From NCBI GenBank assembly GCA_036677555.1, contig JAVBWG010000008.1:5453-69452 (forward strand): a stretch of 64,000 nucleotides of DNA, read 5' to 3'. Within the stretch, counting starts at the first letter, position 1, and each line of letters opens with the position of its first letter. Both the position numbers and the translations under genes were made by a program. A model generated the notes under the pieces. The model ran no database searches, was not told the DNA's origin, and worked only from the letters and a program-made list of their open reading frames with translations. Positions 54,759-63,451 of this stretch are shown piece by piece. Source of the stretch: Methanomassiliicoccales archaeon. GTDB taxonomy: Archaea; Thermoplasmatota; Thermoplasmata; Methanomassiliicoccales; UBA472.

Positions 54759-55772
54759 TTACCTTCTGGCTCTTATGAATCCGGAGCAGGGGGTGATATC
54801 CACACCCTTGTCCTCCAGCCGATCGGCGAGCAGGTTCATGCCCAGGGAGTCGGAGGCCGCGTGCCCGGCTATCACGACGTTCAGGTGGTGCTTCCTGACC
54901 TCCTCCAGATGCGCCTCCGGGATGTGCATGAACACCACCGTGCCTACGCCGGCCTGCGCCAGCTTCTCGTAGGCTTCCTTCGGTCCCGACGTGCCTCCGG
55001 TCATCCTCACCACCACCTTGCCTGCCTTGCGCTTCCTGTCCCCCACATACACCTCCGGGGGGTTATTGTTACCTGCGGCGTGACTATATTCCGGCAGTGT
55101 CATGAGCAGGTCGACCACGTCCCCCACTCTTTTCGGTGACGCCTTCTCCACCAGGTCGTTGAGGAAGCGGTCGACCAGGTTATCCGTAACAGAATGAAGG
55201 CACATCAGCGGCAGGTCCAGAAGCCGGGCGGCGTCCACCGCCTGGTCGTAGTTGGCCGGGGCGCTGAGGTTGTGCACCTCGCGTATCCGTGGGGCCATTA
55301 TGTCTTCGGCCACGTTGACCGGGACCCCGAGCTGGGCGTATATGTACTCATGCAGGTGCAGCGCTTCGCCGAAGGCTGGGCGCGCTCGTCCGAAGGGGTG
55401 GTGTCCGATGACCGCGTCTATGGGCCGCCCTCTTTCCCTCAGCCGGTCGGCCAGGACCATCTCCCCGGTGGTTATGTCGATCCCCCACAGCACTCCCCTG
55501 ATCTCCGCCTCGGCATCACCATGCACCAGACGGGAATCGGCGTAGGGGTTCCAGAGGGAGTCAGCGTCAAAGTGGGTCCTCTCCTTCTCATCCATCTTCC
55601 GGTAGCGCTCCTCGACGCGGCGGAGGTCGTCCTCCATCTCCTCCGCGGTCCGGGGGTCGTTCTCCTTTGCCATTTGAACGGCGAACCGGTAGATCTCTCC
55701 TAGCTTCATCGGGGTGGAAGAGATGGATTGGCTCATAAATTGATTTCTGTCCATGCGCTGAAGGAAGCGCAA
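54759..55772 (-). CDS. NIF3-like (DUF34) dinuclear-metal-centre protein
   Basis: IDAVIGHHPFG, MCLHSVTDN, VIAGHAASDSLG motifs resemble NIF3. Start uncertain (TTG 55772; ATG 55754, 55736, 55709). Only 5 nt from the cdc6 start. Confidence 0.55.
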   Translation of the reverse strand: MRFLQRMDRNQFMSQSISSTPMKLGEIYRFAVQMAKENDPRTAEEMEDDLRRVEERYRKMDEKERTHFDADSLWNPYADSRLVHGDAEAEIRGVLWGIDITTGEMVLADRLRERGRPIDAVIGHHPFGRARPAFGEALHLHEYIYAQLGVPVNVAEDIMAPRIREVHNLSAPANYDQAVDAARLLDLPLMCLHSVTDNLVDRFLNDLVEKASPKRVGDVVDLLMTLPEYSHAAGNNNPPEVYVGDRKRKAGKVVVRMTGGTSGPKEAYEKLAQAGVGTVVFMHIPEAHLEEVRKHHLNVVIAGHAASDSLGMNLLADRLEDKGVDITPCSGFIRARR

Positions 55773-55806
55773 GCTGTCGCTGACGTTCCGGCCGGTTTCC
55801 GGGGCA

Positions 55807-56322
55807 TCATTCCAGGATGGGGAGCCTTTTCACCAATGGGGTGGAGAGCCACCATCTCCCAATGCCCAAGGTCTCGCCGGCCCTCACCCGGTACAGTCCG
55901 ATCAGCAGGAAGATGTAGATGATGTGCTCGTCGATCAATGGATTGTTGGCCGGAGGCACGTTGGTGCTCCACAGCAGCACGAACATCAGCACCCCGCCGA
56001 TGGTGGCCAGCCGCATACCTATTCCCAGGAGCAGGGCGATGCCTAGAAGCAGCAGTCCCAGCATGAACAGCACATCGATTAGCTCATTCCCGGCGATGCT
56101 GGTGAAGAGCGGTTCGAACACACCGCTCACCGCGAACTCAAGGTATCCGGAGGTGGGGGACCCGCCGTTTATCCAAGCCCGGTCAGTCGAGGTGGCGTAA
56201 CCCAATCCGAACGTCTTGTCCAGGAAGGCCCAGAGGAACATCCAGCCCAGCAGGATCCTGGAGATCCCCCAGACATGCTCGGTCTTCAATCGGGAGGCGA
56301 TATCGGACATCTTTCCATTCAT
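55807..56322 (-). CDS. DoxX-like membrane protein
   Basis: Trimmed to ATG 56322. ISRILLGWMFLWAFLDKTFGLG and 4 TM helices. Confidence 0.5.
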   Translation of the reverse strand: MNGKMSDIASRLKTEHVWGISRILLGWMFLWAFLDKTFGLGYATSTDRAWINGGSPTSGYLEFAVSGVFEPLFTSIAGNELIDVLFMLGLLLLGIALLLGIGMRLATIGGVLMFVLLWSTNVPPANNPLIDEHIIYIFLLIGLYRVRAGETLGIGRWWLSTPLVKRLPILE

Positions 56323-56486
56323 GGACCGATATTGTTTCAGGGGGCATAAAAGACCGATGATGGCCGCAAGCCCATGGTGAACGCAGGGCCGCATGAGACC
56401 AATTAATGGGATAAAAAATGTAAAAATTGTAAGTGGTTTCAAAGACCTGAGAAGGCTCGGTATGGACCGGCCCTTTTCTGGCCTTT

Positions 56487-56795
56487 TTAGCCGAACAGAG
56501 CGGAAAGACCGGCGGCGGCCTCTTCCTCTGAAACAGCTTCCTCTTCCTTGGGCTCTTCCTTGGCCGGAGCGGCCGGACCGGCGGCAGCCGGGGCGGCAGC
56601 GGCGACAGGCGCGGACGCGACCATCGCGGAGGCGATAGCCTCATCGATGTTCACACCCTCCAGGGAAGCGGCCAGGGCCTTTATCCTGGCTGCATCCGGC
56701 TCGACACCGGCGCTCTTCAGGATAGCGGCAACCGCGTCCTCGGACACCTGCTTTCCAGCGGCGTGAAGGACCAAAGCGCTGTATATGTATTCCAT
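56487..56795 (-). CDS. rpl12: Ribosomal stalk protein P1 (L12)
   Basis: [16 protein letters not shown]-terminus; Ala/Pro hinge; acidic tail [13 protein letters not shown]. Confidence 0.9.
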   Translation of the reverse strand: MEYIYSALVLHAAGKQVSEDAVAAILKSAGVEPDAARIKALAASLEGVNIDEAIASAMVASAPVAAAAPAAAGPAAPAKEEPKEEEAVSEEEAAAGLSALFG

Positions 56796-56807
56796 TTCCT
56801 TACCTCC

Positions 56808-57803
56808 TCAATCGAATAGCGAGCTAAGACCAGCGGCGGCTTCCTCCTCGCTGACCTGCTCCTCTTCCTCTTCTTTCTTGGCCTCAGCGGCCTTGGGTTC
56901 GTTCACCGGCTTGGTTGCGGGGACCGCAGCCATCCTGTTCTTTATTCGGTCATCTTCCAGACCGGTGATCGAAGCCAAGGTCATCATCTGCGCGTCAGCC
57001 TTCGCAAGGATGGCACCGATGCTCTCCTTGGTCGGGAACGCGCCAGCCACGCTCAAGGCCATCGCTTCGCGATAGGCCTTGGATAGCAAGGGCGTGACAG
57101 TCTGAGGTGTGATATAAGCTATAGACAAGCTCAAGCCTAGGGCATTCCTGGCGGCCAGACCCAACATGTTGGTGTAGTAGTCCGCCGGTACGTTCAGGAC
57201 GTCCTTCCCGTATAGCACGCCGTCCTCGAAGGCGGCGCGGAGGTCCATGCCCACGATCATGGGCAGGATCTCCAGCTTGACCAGCACCTTGGCGACCTCA
57301 TCAGGGACCGGTTCGCCCTTGGGGACGAGGACCTTGTCCTTCTTGATGATGATCTTTCCCGCCTCTATGGCGGCGGGGATGCCAGCCTTCTGCAGCTCGC
57401 CGATGATCGGGCCTGGCTTGAACGGGGTGTCCCCCGCCTTCACCACAATGTCCTCCGGCGCTATGTCTCCGGTCTTTGCCGGAGCCGGGGTCTTGGTGCC
57501 CTCCATCTGGCGGAACAGCTTGAACGGGTTCTCGTCCGTGGTGACGATCGCGCACTGTCCGTCCACTAGCTGCTTCAGCTGCTCCAGGCCCGGCCTCTGC
57601 TTGGCGGCCTCGGTGATGGCCAGGTCCATTAGGGTGTTCCTGGTCATGTTCACATCGGCCTTACCGCGCAGCACGGCGCGCATGGAGATCATCTGGGCAG
57701 CGGGAATGCCGTGCAGATCGACGATGCCGACGACATGGCTGTGGACCATGAGGTCTACCAGCTCCTGCACCCTCTCCCGTTTCCACTTCGCTACATGTGC
57801 CAT
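56808..57803 (-). CDS. rpl10: Ribosomal stalk protein P0 (uL10)
   Basis: 331 aa. AHVAKWKRERVQELVDLM N-terminus; same acidic tail [13 protein letters not shown]. Confidence 0.9.
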   Translation of the reverse strand: MAHVAKWKRERVQELVDLMVHSHVVGIVDLHGIPAAQMISMRAVLRGKADVNMTRNTLMDLAITEAAKQRPGLEQLKQLVDGQCAIVTTDENPFKLFRQMEGTKTPAPAKTGDIAPEDIVVKAGDTPFKPGPIIGELQKAGIPAAIEAGKIIIKKDKVLVPKGEPVPDEVAKVLVKLEILPMIVGMDLRAAFEDGVLYGKDVLNVPADYYTNMLGLAARNALGLSLSIAYITPQTVTPLLSKAYREAMALSVAGAFPTKESIGAILAKADAQMMTLASITGLEDDRIKNRMAAVPATKPVNEPKAAEAKKEEEEEQVSEEEAAAGLSSLFD

Positions 57804-57816
57804 GCTTGGAACCTCC

Positions 57817-58455
57817 TCAAATCACCTTCTCGGAGGGTCCCATGGTGGTCTTCACGAAAGCGGACCGGATGTTCATGGTGCCCTTCTCGAGCTTCATCCC
57901 CAATCTCTTGACGATGAGCTCGATGTTTTCGGCTATGTCTTCTGGCGTCATGTCCGTGGTCCCGACGGCGGTGTGGAAGGTCAATCTGTCCCTGCTCCTG
58001 ACCGATACCGACTTGCGCAGGTTGTCGATCATGGGCTTGGGGTCCGCTCCCGGGGGGATCGGCTTCGGCATCTTGCCGCGGGGACCCAGTACGATACCCA
58101 GCCTCTTACCGATGGTGGGCATCAACGGGGCTTCCGCGATGAAATACTCGAACTCGTTGGCCATCTTCTTGGCCTGCTTCTTGTCGTCGGCGATGGTGCC
58201 TAGCTCCTCCACGGACACGACCCTGTCGGCCACGTCCTTGGCCTTGAGCAGCATCTCTCCGCTACCGAAGACACAGACCTTGATGGGCTTTCCCCTTCCG
58301 TGCGGCAGAATGATGTCCTCCTGTATCCTGTTCTTGGGTATGGACATATCCACATCCTTCAGGTTGATGGACAGGTCGACCGTTTGTACAAAATTGCGCT
58401 TTGGAGAGTGCTCCAAGGCTTTCTTAACGGCCGTAACGGTTGCTTTTTCTGCCAA
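57817..58455 (-). CDS. rpl1: Ribosomal protein uL1
   Basis: TTG start with GGAGGG SD. KRNFVQTVDLSINLKDVD, GKRLGIVLGPRGKMPKP motifs. Confidence 0.9.
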   Translation of the reverse strand: MAEKATVTAVKKALEHSPKRNFVQTVDLSINLKDVDMSIPKNRIQEDIILPHGRGKPIKVCVFGSGEMLLKAKDVADRVVSVEELGTIADDKKQAKKMANEFEYFIAEAPLMPTIGKRLGIVLGPRGKMPKPIPPGADPKPMIDNLRKSVSVRSRDRLTFHTAVGTTDMTPEDIAENIELIVKRLGMKLEKGTMNIRSAFVKTTMGPSEKVI

Positions 58456-58532
58456 TTCGATCCCTCCTGTAGTTCCATCGAGCCAATGAAGGCTCTCCTA
58501 CAGTTTGGTGAGACCCCTTAATCATGCTACCC

Positions 58533-58540
58533 TTTATAAA
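58533..58540 (-). promoter_or_regulatory. TATA-like TTTATAAA upstream of rpl1-rpl10-rpl12
   Basis: Palindromic TTTATAAA ~80 nt upstream of the rpl1 start; overlaps the stop codon of the histidine kinase gene. Confidence 0.35.
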
Positions 58541-60105
58541 GATATCGCGGAACCGGTCCCTCCAGGGGGCAATCGGCAGCAGGCGGCGGGGATATGGAGG
58601 GTGAAGGTGGTCCCCCCGCCCGGGCGGGAGGACGCCTCGATGAGCCCTCCGTGCTTCATGACGCTGTACTTGGTTATGGCCATCCCCAACCCCGCTCCCT
58701 CCTTCTTCTTCGTGAAGTACGGCTCGAACACGTCCCTAAGCACTTCAGGCGGCATGCCCGGGCCGTCGTCCGCTATGTCGATCCTGACGTAGTCCCCGTC
58801 CCGGAGGCGGTCGGAATCGAGAATGTGGACGTTCCTGGCGGTTATCCGGACCGTTCCCTTCCCGCCCATGGCCTGCTTGGCGTTTATGACCACGTTCCCC
58901 ACCACCTGGGACAGGTGGGTCTTGTCCATGATGACCTCGGAGAGCCCCTGGTCGATGTCCGTCTCCAAGGCGATATCGGAACCGGCCAGGTTGAAACGTG
59001 CGATCTCGACCAGGGCATCCCGGATGTCGGACCCATCCTTGGACGGGGTGCCGACGCGGGAGAAGGCCATGAGCTGCCTGGTCAGTCCATGGGCGTTGTC
59101 CGAGGCCTTCTGAACCGCGGCGATCCTATCCTGGCCCTTCTGGTCCTGAACCGAGGTCTTCAACAACTCCAGGTTTCCATTGAGCGACATAAGGAAGTTG
59201 CCGAAGTCGTGGGCGACCCCTCCGGAGAGAAGCTCTATCGAATGATAGTGCTGTCCCTGCCAGAGGTCCTCTTTCAAGCGCTCCCTCTCGGTGATGTCGG
59301 TGAGCACCGCCACCCGGCCGACGCTCTCACCCTCCATCATTATGGGGGCGCAGCTGACCGCCACCTTGGTCCGCCCCCCGGACCGCTTGACAAGAACGGT
59401 CATCTGCGCCTCTTCCGGTCTGCCCGAAGCCCCCTCACCGCAGACCACCGGCTCTCCGGTCAGTTCGTTGAAGAGGGGGGCGATCTCCTGCAAAGGCCTG
59501 CCCTCCGCCTCCTTGAAGGCGTATCCGGTCATCGATTCCGCTCCGGGGTTCATCATGGTCACGGCGCCTTTCCCGTCCGCGACCACCACCCCGTCCACGA
59601 TGGACCGTAGGATGATCTCCAGCCTGCGCCTCTCCCGGTCGAGAAGCACCTCAGTATCCTTTCTGAGGTCGATCTCCCCTTTCAGCTCCTCGTTGGACCT
59701 CCGCAGCTGGGCCGTCCGCTCGGCCACCCTGTCCTCCAGCTGCCTGTTCATCTCTGCCAGCTCCACCTCCTTGCCCAACGCCCTCTCGTTCAGGAGGAAC
59801 GTGACCATGGCGATGACGCACATGACCGCGCCCCGCAGGAGGTCCTCTGACAGGCCGTTCAGATCGCCTCGCAGGGCGTCGCTGGCGATCAGGCAGGCCA
59901 CCAATGCTCCGGTCAAAGCCAGCCCCTTGCGCCTCCACCATATGGCGGACAGGATAATCGGAACGTAGAAGAAATGGGTGAAAAGGATCCCGGATTCGAT
60001 CATCCAGTGAAAGACCACTATCATGCCCAATGCCATGAAGGACGACAGCAGTATCAGGGCCGATCTTGTACGGTCCGACGCCCTGTCGCCAGTTCTCATG
60101 AGCAT
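58534..60105 (-). CDS. Membrane-bound PAS sensor histidine kinase (orphan)
   Basis: 4 TM helices (HFFYVPIILSAIWWRRKG), coiled coil, PAS (IVDGVVVADGKGAVTMMNPGAESMTGY), H-box GGVAHDFGNFL, N/G boxes NAKQAM, DDGPGM, GAGLGM. Start moved from 60183 to ATG 60105 because the first 26 codons cover a terminator hairpin. Confidence 0.85.
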   Translation of the reverse strand: MLMRTGDRASDRTRSALILLSSFMALGMIVVFHWMIESGILFTHFFYVPIILSAIWWRRKGLALTGALVACLIASDALRGDLNGLSEDLLRGAVMCVIAMVTFLLNERALGKEVELAEMNRQLEDRVAERTAQLRRSNEELKGEIDLRKDTEVLLDRERRRLEIILRSIVDGVVVADGKGAVTMMNPGAESMTGYAFKEAEGRPLQEIAPLFNELTGEPVVCGEGASGRPEEAQMTVLVKRSGGRTKVAVSCAPIMMEGESVGRVAVLTDITERERLKEDLWQGQHYHSIELLSGGVAHDFGNFLMSLNGNLELLKTSVQDQKGQDRIAAVQKASDNAHGLTRQLMAFSRVGTPSKDGSDIRDALVEIARFNLAGSDIALETDIDQGLSEVIMDKTHLSQVVGNVVINAKQAMGGKGTVRITARNVHILDSDRLRDGDYVRIDIADDGPGMPPEVLRDVFEPYFTKKKEGAGLGMAITKYSVMKHGGLIEASSRPGGGTTFTLHIPAACCRLPPGGTGSAISL

Positions 60106-60156
60106 ACCGAACGCGCCATCATTGATAAATCTGGCTGTCGAAAATGATCGTGAATG

Positions 60157-60187
60157 ATAAAATAAACGATGGCCAGAGGCCATCGTT
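60157..60187 (-). terminator. Perfect 10-bp hairpin plus T-rich tract 5 nt after rpl11 stop
   Basis: Minus strand AACGATGGCC-TCT-GGCCATCGTT followed by TATTTTAT. The T/A tract could double as the TATA element of the kinase gene. Confidence 0.6.
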
Positions 60188-60192
60188 CGGGT

Positions 60193-60669
60193 TTAGGATA
60201 GTTGGGCGTCCCACTTGCCGGCCTTGATCTCCGCCTGCATATCGCGGGCCTCCTTGCCTTCCACGGTGATACCGCAGGAGACGCAGGTGCCGATGACCTC
60301 CAGGACCTGCGCCTTCACGTCAGCGCCGGTCAGGGAGTCCTGTTTCATGTGGGCGATCTTCTTGGCCTGCTCGATGGTTATGTTGCCGACCTTGCCGGCC
60401 TTGGGGGCTCCGGCGCCCTTCTCGATGCCCAGCTCCTTGAACAGCAGGGCGGAGGTGGGCGGGGTGCCGACCTTTATCTCGAAGGTCTTGGTCTTCTGGT
60501 CGATTATGACCTTCACCGGGACCTTCATGCCGACGAATCCCCTGGTCTTCTCGTTGATAGCGCCTACGACCTGAACGACGTTTATGCCCGTCGGGCCCAA
60601 GGCGGGTCCCAGCGGCGGGCCGGGAGTGGCCTTGCCGCCATCCACTAACACTTCGATAGTCTCTGCCAT
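60193..60669 (-). CDS. rpl11: Ribosomal protein uL11
   Basis: [27 protein letters not shown] motif; 158 aa. Confidence 0.95.
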   Translation of the reverse strand: MAETIEVLVDGGKATPGPPLGPALGPTGINVVQVVGAINEKTRGFVGMKVPVKVIIDQKTKTFEIKVGTPPTSALLFKELGIEKGAGAPKAGKVGNITIEQAKKIAHMKQDSLTGADVKAQVLEVIGTCVSCGITVEGKEARDMQAEIKAGKWDAQLS

Positions 60670-60673
60670 TTTA

Positions 60674-61537
60674 TCATCTCTCCTTCTCGAGGACCCTCAC
60701 GCTGTCGCCGCGCACGGTGACAGGGATGGGCACGGTGGCCTCGAAAAGCTCTACCGTGATCTCTTCCTTGCTCTCGTCGATCTTCTGCACGCGGGCCTTC
60801 TCGCCCTTGAAGGGGCCGGCGACGAGCTCCACGACATCCCCTTCCGATATTCCGGACACCAGGGGCTTGGGGGTCAGGAAGTGCTCGATCTCCGTGAGCT
60901 TGGTCTCCCCGTCCACCAGTCCCTTGGCCTTGCGCACTCCCCGGCAGGTCTCCCTGACCAGATCGGTGTTCATGGCCTCCATGAAGACGTATCCGTCCAG
61001 CTTTCCAGGTGCGAGCAGGGCGAATATGCCCTTGTCGCTCCCGGTCTTGGCCTTGCCAGCCACGCCGTCCACGACCGCCCTCTCATGGCCTATGGAGGTC
61101 TTCAGGATCAGAATGGACTGCATGGTGTTGGCGAAGAACTCCATGCTGCCGCATTCCAGCCCTTCCGCGAAGACCTGCATCTTGATGCGGACGCTGTCGT
61201 CCAGGCGGGCCCCGCGCGGCGCCTCCGCAGACAAAGTGATCTCCTTGCCGCCCATACCTTCCATGGTGAAGTCCACATCGGGGACGGTCAGCTTGGCGCT
61301 CTCCCAGAGCTTTCCTGAGTTGTCAGATAGAATAATGTCCCACTCTGGCTCGTCCTCGCTGCCGTAGTTGATGGTCAGCAGTATCCTGACCTTCATCTTG
61401 TTGGCCTGGCGCGGCTTGAGAATGAGCTTCCAGACGGCGCTGCTTCCGGCGGTCACCCTCTGGGCGTTGCTCTCCCCGGAAAGGGTGAGCGGGCCGTTCC
61501 CGTATTGGGCGGATTGATTGGTTTGCAGATCGTTCAT
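60674..61537 (-). CDS. spt5: Transcription elongation factor Spt5 (NusG) with 138-aa N-terminal extension
   Basis: C-terminal 149 aa (from [17 protein letters not shown] at 61123) = NGN + KOW ([18 protein letters not shown]). The upstream 138 codons are in frame, GC3-rich, and start at ATG 61537 with GGAGGG SD. Confidence 0.85.
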   Translation of the reverse strand: MNDLQTNQSAQYGNGPLTLSGESNAQRVTAGSSAVWKLILKPRQANKMKVRILLTINYGSEDEPEWDIILSDNSGKLWESAKLTVPDVDFTMEGMGGKEITLSAEAPRGARLDDSVRIKMQVFAEGLECGSMEFFANTMQSILILKTSIGHERAVVDGVAGKAKTGSDKGIFALLAPGKLDGYVFMEAMNTDLVRETCRGVRKAKGLVDGETKLTEIEHFLTPKPLVSGISEGDVVELVAGPFKGEKARVQKIDESKEEITVELFEATVPIPVTVRGDSVRVLEKER

Positions 61538-61559
61538 GTGCAGCCCTCCTGGAGTGGCA

Positions 61560-61787
61560 TCAGAGGCCGAGCCATCCCGGAAGCCGGGTCACCAGCAGGT
61601 ATATGGCGAAGCCTAGACCGCCGATGAGGACCAGGCCCAGACCGACTATCATGACCGTCTTGGTGTACTCGTCGGTGGTGGGCTTCCTGGCCATCTTCAG
61701 GACGCGGCCGTACTTGCCCTTGCCGAGCATCTTGACCCGTTCCTCGATCCCTTTTTGGATCTCCCAGGATTTGTCGACTATGTCCAT
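61560..61787 (-). CDS. secE: Protein translocase subunit SecE (Sec61 gamma)
   Basis: 75 aa. RVLKMARKPTTDEY then a single TM MIVGLGLVLIGGLGFAIYLLV; conserved position upstream of spt5. Confidence 0.8.
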   Translation of the reverse strand: MDIVDKSWEIQKGIEERVKMLGKGKYGRVLKMARKPTTDEYTKTVMIVGLGLVLIGGLGFAIYLLVTRLPGWLGL

Positions 61788-61840
61788 TTACATGCACTCT
61801 TGGATAACGCCCTAATCCTTCCTTATAAATAATCCTTTCT

Positions 61841-62944
61841 TTACCGGATGAAGTCCACCGCCATGCCCTTTGGCATGACGTTCTCCTTCGGTCCCAGTAT
61901 GTACTTGGACTTCACGCCAGTGACCACGACCATGACCCTGATCTTGTTCTCCAGTGCCGGGTCGACCGAGGCACCCCAGATGATCCGGGCGTTCGGGTTG
62001 ACCTTGCTCTGGATGACCTCGGCCACCTTCTCCGCCTCGCTGACGCTCATGTCCTCGCCGCCTATGACATTGATAAGCACACCGTTCGCCCCGGTGATAT
62101 CCACATCGATTAGCGGGGAGTTGATCGCTTCGTTGATGGCCTGCTCGACCTTGTCCTCGTCCTCACCTTCGCCCATACCGATCATGGCCACGCCGCCGCC
62201 CTTCATGATGGTCTTCAGGTCATTGAAGTCCAGGTTGACCAGGCCGGGGCGGGTTATGAGCTCCGTGATCCCCTTTATGGCCCGCATCAGCACCTCGTCG
62301 GCCACCTTGAAGGCGGCGTTGATGGAGTAGCGTGGGACCAGGTCCAGGAGCTTGTCGTTCGGGATTACTATCACGGTATCGGCCACCGACCGAAGCCTTT
62401 CCATTCCCCACTCGGCGTTCTCGGCGCGGATGGAACCCTCGGCCTTGAACGGCGACGTCACTATGGCGATGGTCAGCGCGCCCATCTCCTTGGCCAGCTG
62501 CGCTATGTATGGAGCGGAGCCGGTGCCGGTGCCTCCTCCCAGGCCGGCAGTGACGAAAACGATATCGGCGCCCATGAGCACCTTGCGCAGGTCCTCCTCC
62601 GCTTCGCGCGCGGCCTCCTCCCCCACCTGGGGGAGCGCTCCAGCCCCCAATCCCTTGGTGCTCCGGCGCCCCAGGAGGATCTTCTTGTGCGCCCTGGTGA
62701 TGAGGAGGTGCTGCGCATCGGTGTTCACCGCGTAAAGCTCAGCGTCCTTGATGTTGGTCTGGTAGAGGCGGTCGATGGTGTTCGAACCTCCGCCGCCGCA
62801 GCCCAGTATCTTGATGTTGGTCTTCAGGCTCAGCAGTATCTTCTCCAGTTCCTCGTCCTCGGCCGTCTGGGCCTTGAAAGAGGACATGCTGGATTCGTTC
62901 GCCGGACCGGCTCTTGACATCGCGTCGCTGATGAATGATTTCAT
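61841..62944 (-). CDS. ftsZ: Cell division GTPase FtsZ
   Basis: [19 protein letters not shown] (tubulin signature), NLDFNDL; 367 aa. Confidence 0.95.
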   Translation of the reverse strand: MKSFISDAMSRAGPANESSMSSFKAQTAEDEELEKILLSLKTNIKILGCGGGGSNTIDRLYQTNIKDAELYAVNTDAQHLLITRAHKKILLGRRSTKGLGAGALPQVGEEAAREAEEDLRKVLMGADIVFVTAGLGGGTGTGSAPYIAQLAKEMGALTIAIVTSPFKAEGSIRAENAEWGMERLRSVADTVIVIPNDKLLDLVPRYSINAAFKVADEVLMRAIKGITELITRPGLVNLDFNDLKTIMKGGGVAMIGMGEGEDEDKVEQAINEAINSPLIDVDITGANGVLINVIGGEDMSVSEAEKVAEVIQSKVNPNARIIWGASVDPALENKIRVMVVVTGVKSKYILGPKENVMPKGMAVDFIR

Positions 62945-63040
62945 GGAGGGGCCTCGGACGGGTGCCGCTGGCTGCTCAAGCCCTCAGCTGCCACTCGTCT
63001 GAGAACGATGACGCTATGTGAACTTTAAAACATTTCGGTG

Positions 63041-63236
63041 CCAACGGCCTATTACAATATAATAAAGAGAATATATGAAACATATAAACAACATGTCCAT
63101 ATAATCAATAAATTTTATATTTGATTCCGAACAGAATATTTAATTTGTTTGATGTATATATTAATTTACAAAATGTATTATTTGCTTTACAAAAAGTAAA
63201 GTATATTATTCAAAATGTAACTATAACTTAACATAA
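63041..63236. other. Extremely AT-rich, repeat-dense intergenic block
   Basis: Hand count 10/60, 11/60, 12/60 G+C for lines 63061, 63121, 63181. Direct repeats CATATAA (63081, 63098) and CAAAATGTA (63169, 63211); inverted repeat CTTTAC-AAAAA-GTAAAG (63185-63201). Confidence 0.6.
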
Positions 63237-63245
63237 GTGAGGCTG

Positions 63246-63443
63246 ATGAAGAACCGTCTCAGGGTATACCGTACCATGACCAATCTCACGCAGGGGGAGT
63301 TGGCGGAAAAGCTAGGTATCACCCGGCAGACGGTGATCGCCATCGAGAAGGAACGGTACGATCCCTCTCTGGAGCTGGCGTTCAAGCTGGCCAAGTTCTT
63401 CCGTGTGTCGATCGAGGACATCTTTCAGTATGAGAAGGTCTGA
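63246..63443 (+). CDS. Small XRE-family HTH transcriptional regulator
   Basis: MKNRLRVYRTMTNLTQGELAEKLGITRQTVIAIEKERYDPSLELAFKLAKFF. ~65 aa single-domain Cro/C1 type (track start GTG 63237). Confidence 0.8.
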   Translation: MKNRLRVYRTMTNLTQGELAEKLGITRQTVIAIEKERYDPSLELAFKLAKFFRVSIEDIFQYEKV

Positions 63444-63451
63444 ACCTCCCA

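Noticed and set aside
58456-58532. L1 autoregulatory mRNA structure in the rpl1 leader
   Set aside because: Only a 6-bp inverted repeat (CTGTAG / CTACAG) is visible. I cannot show similarity to the 23S rRNA L1-binding helix by eye.
60106-60183. Histidine kinase start at ATG 60183
   Set aside because: The first 26 codons are encoded by the rpl11 terminator hairpin and its T-tract (MASGHRLFYHS...). ATG 60105 (or 60099) precedes the first TM helix and is more plausible.
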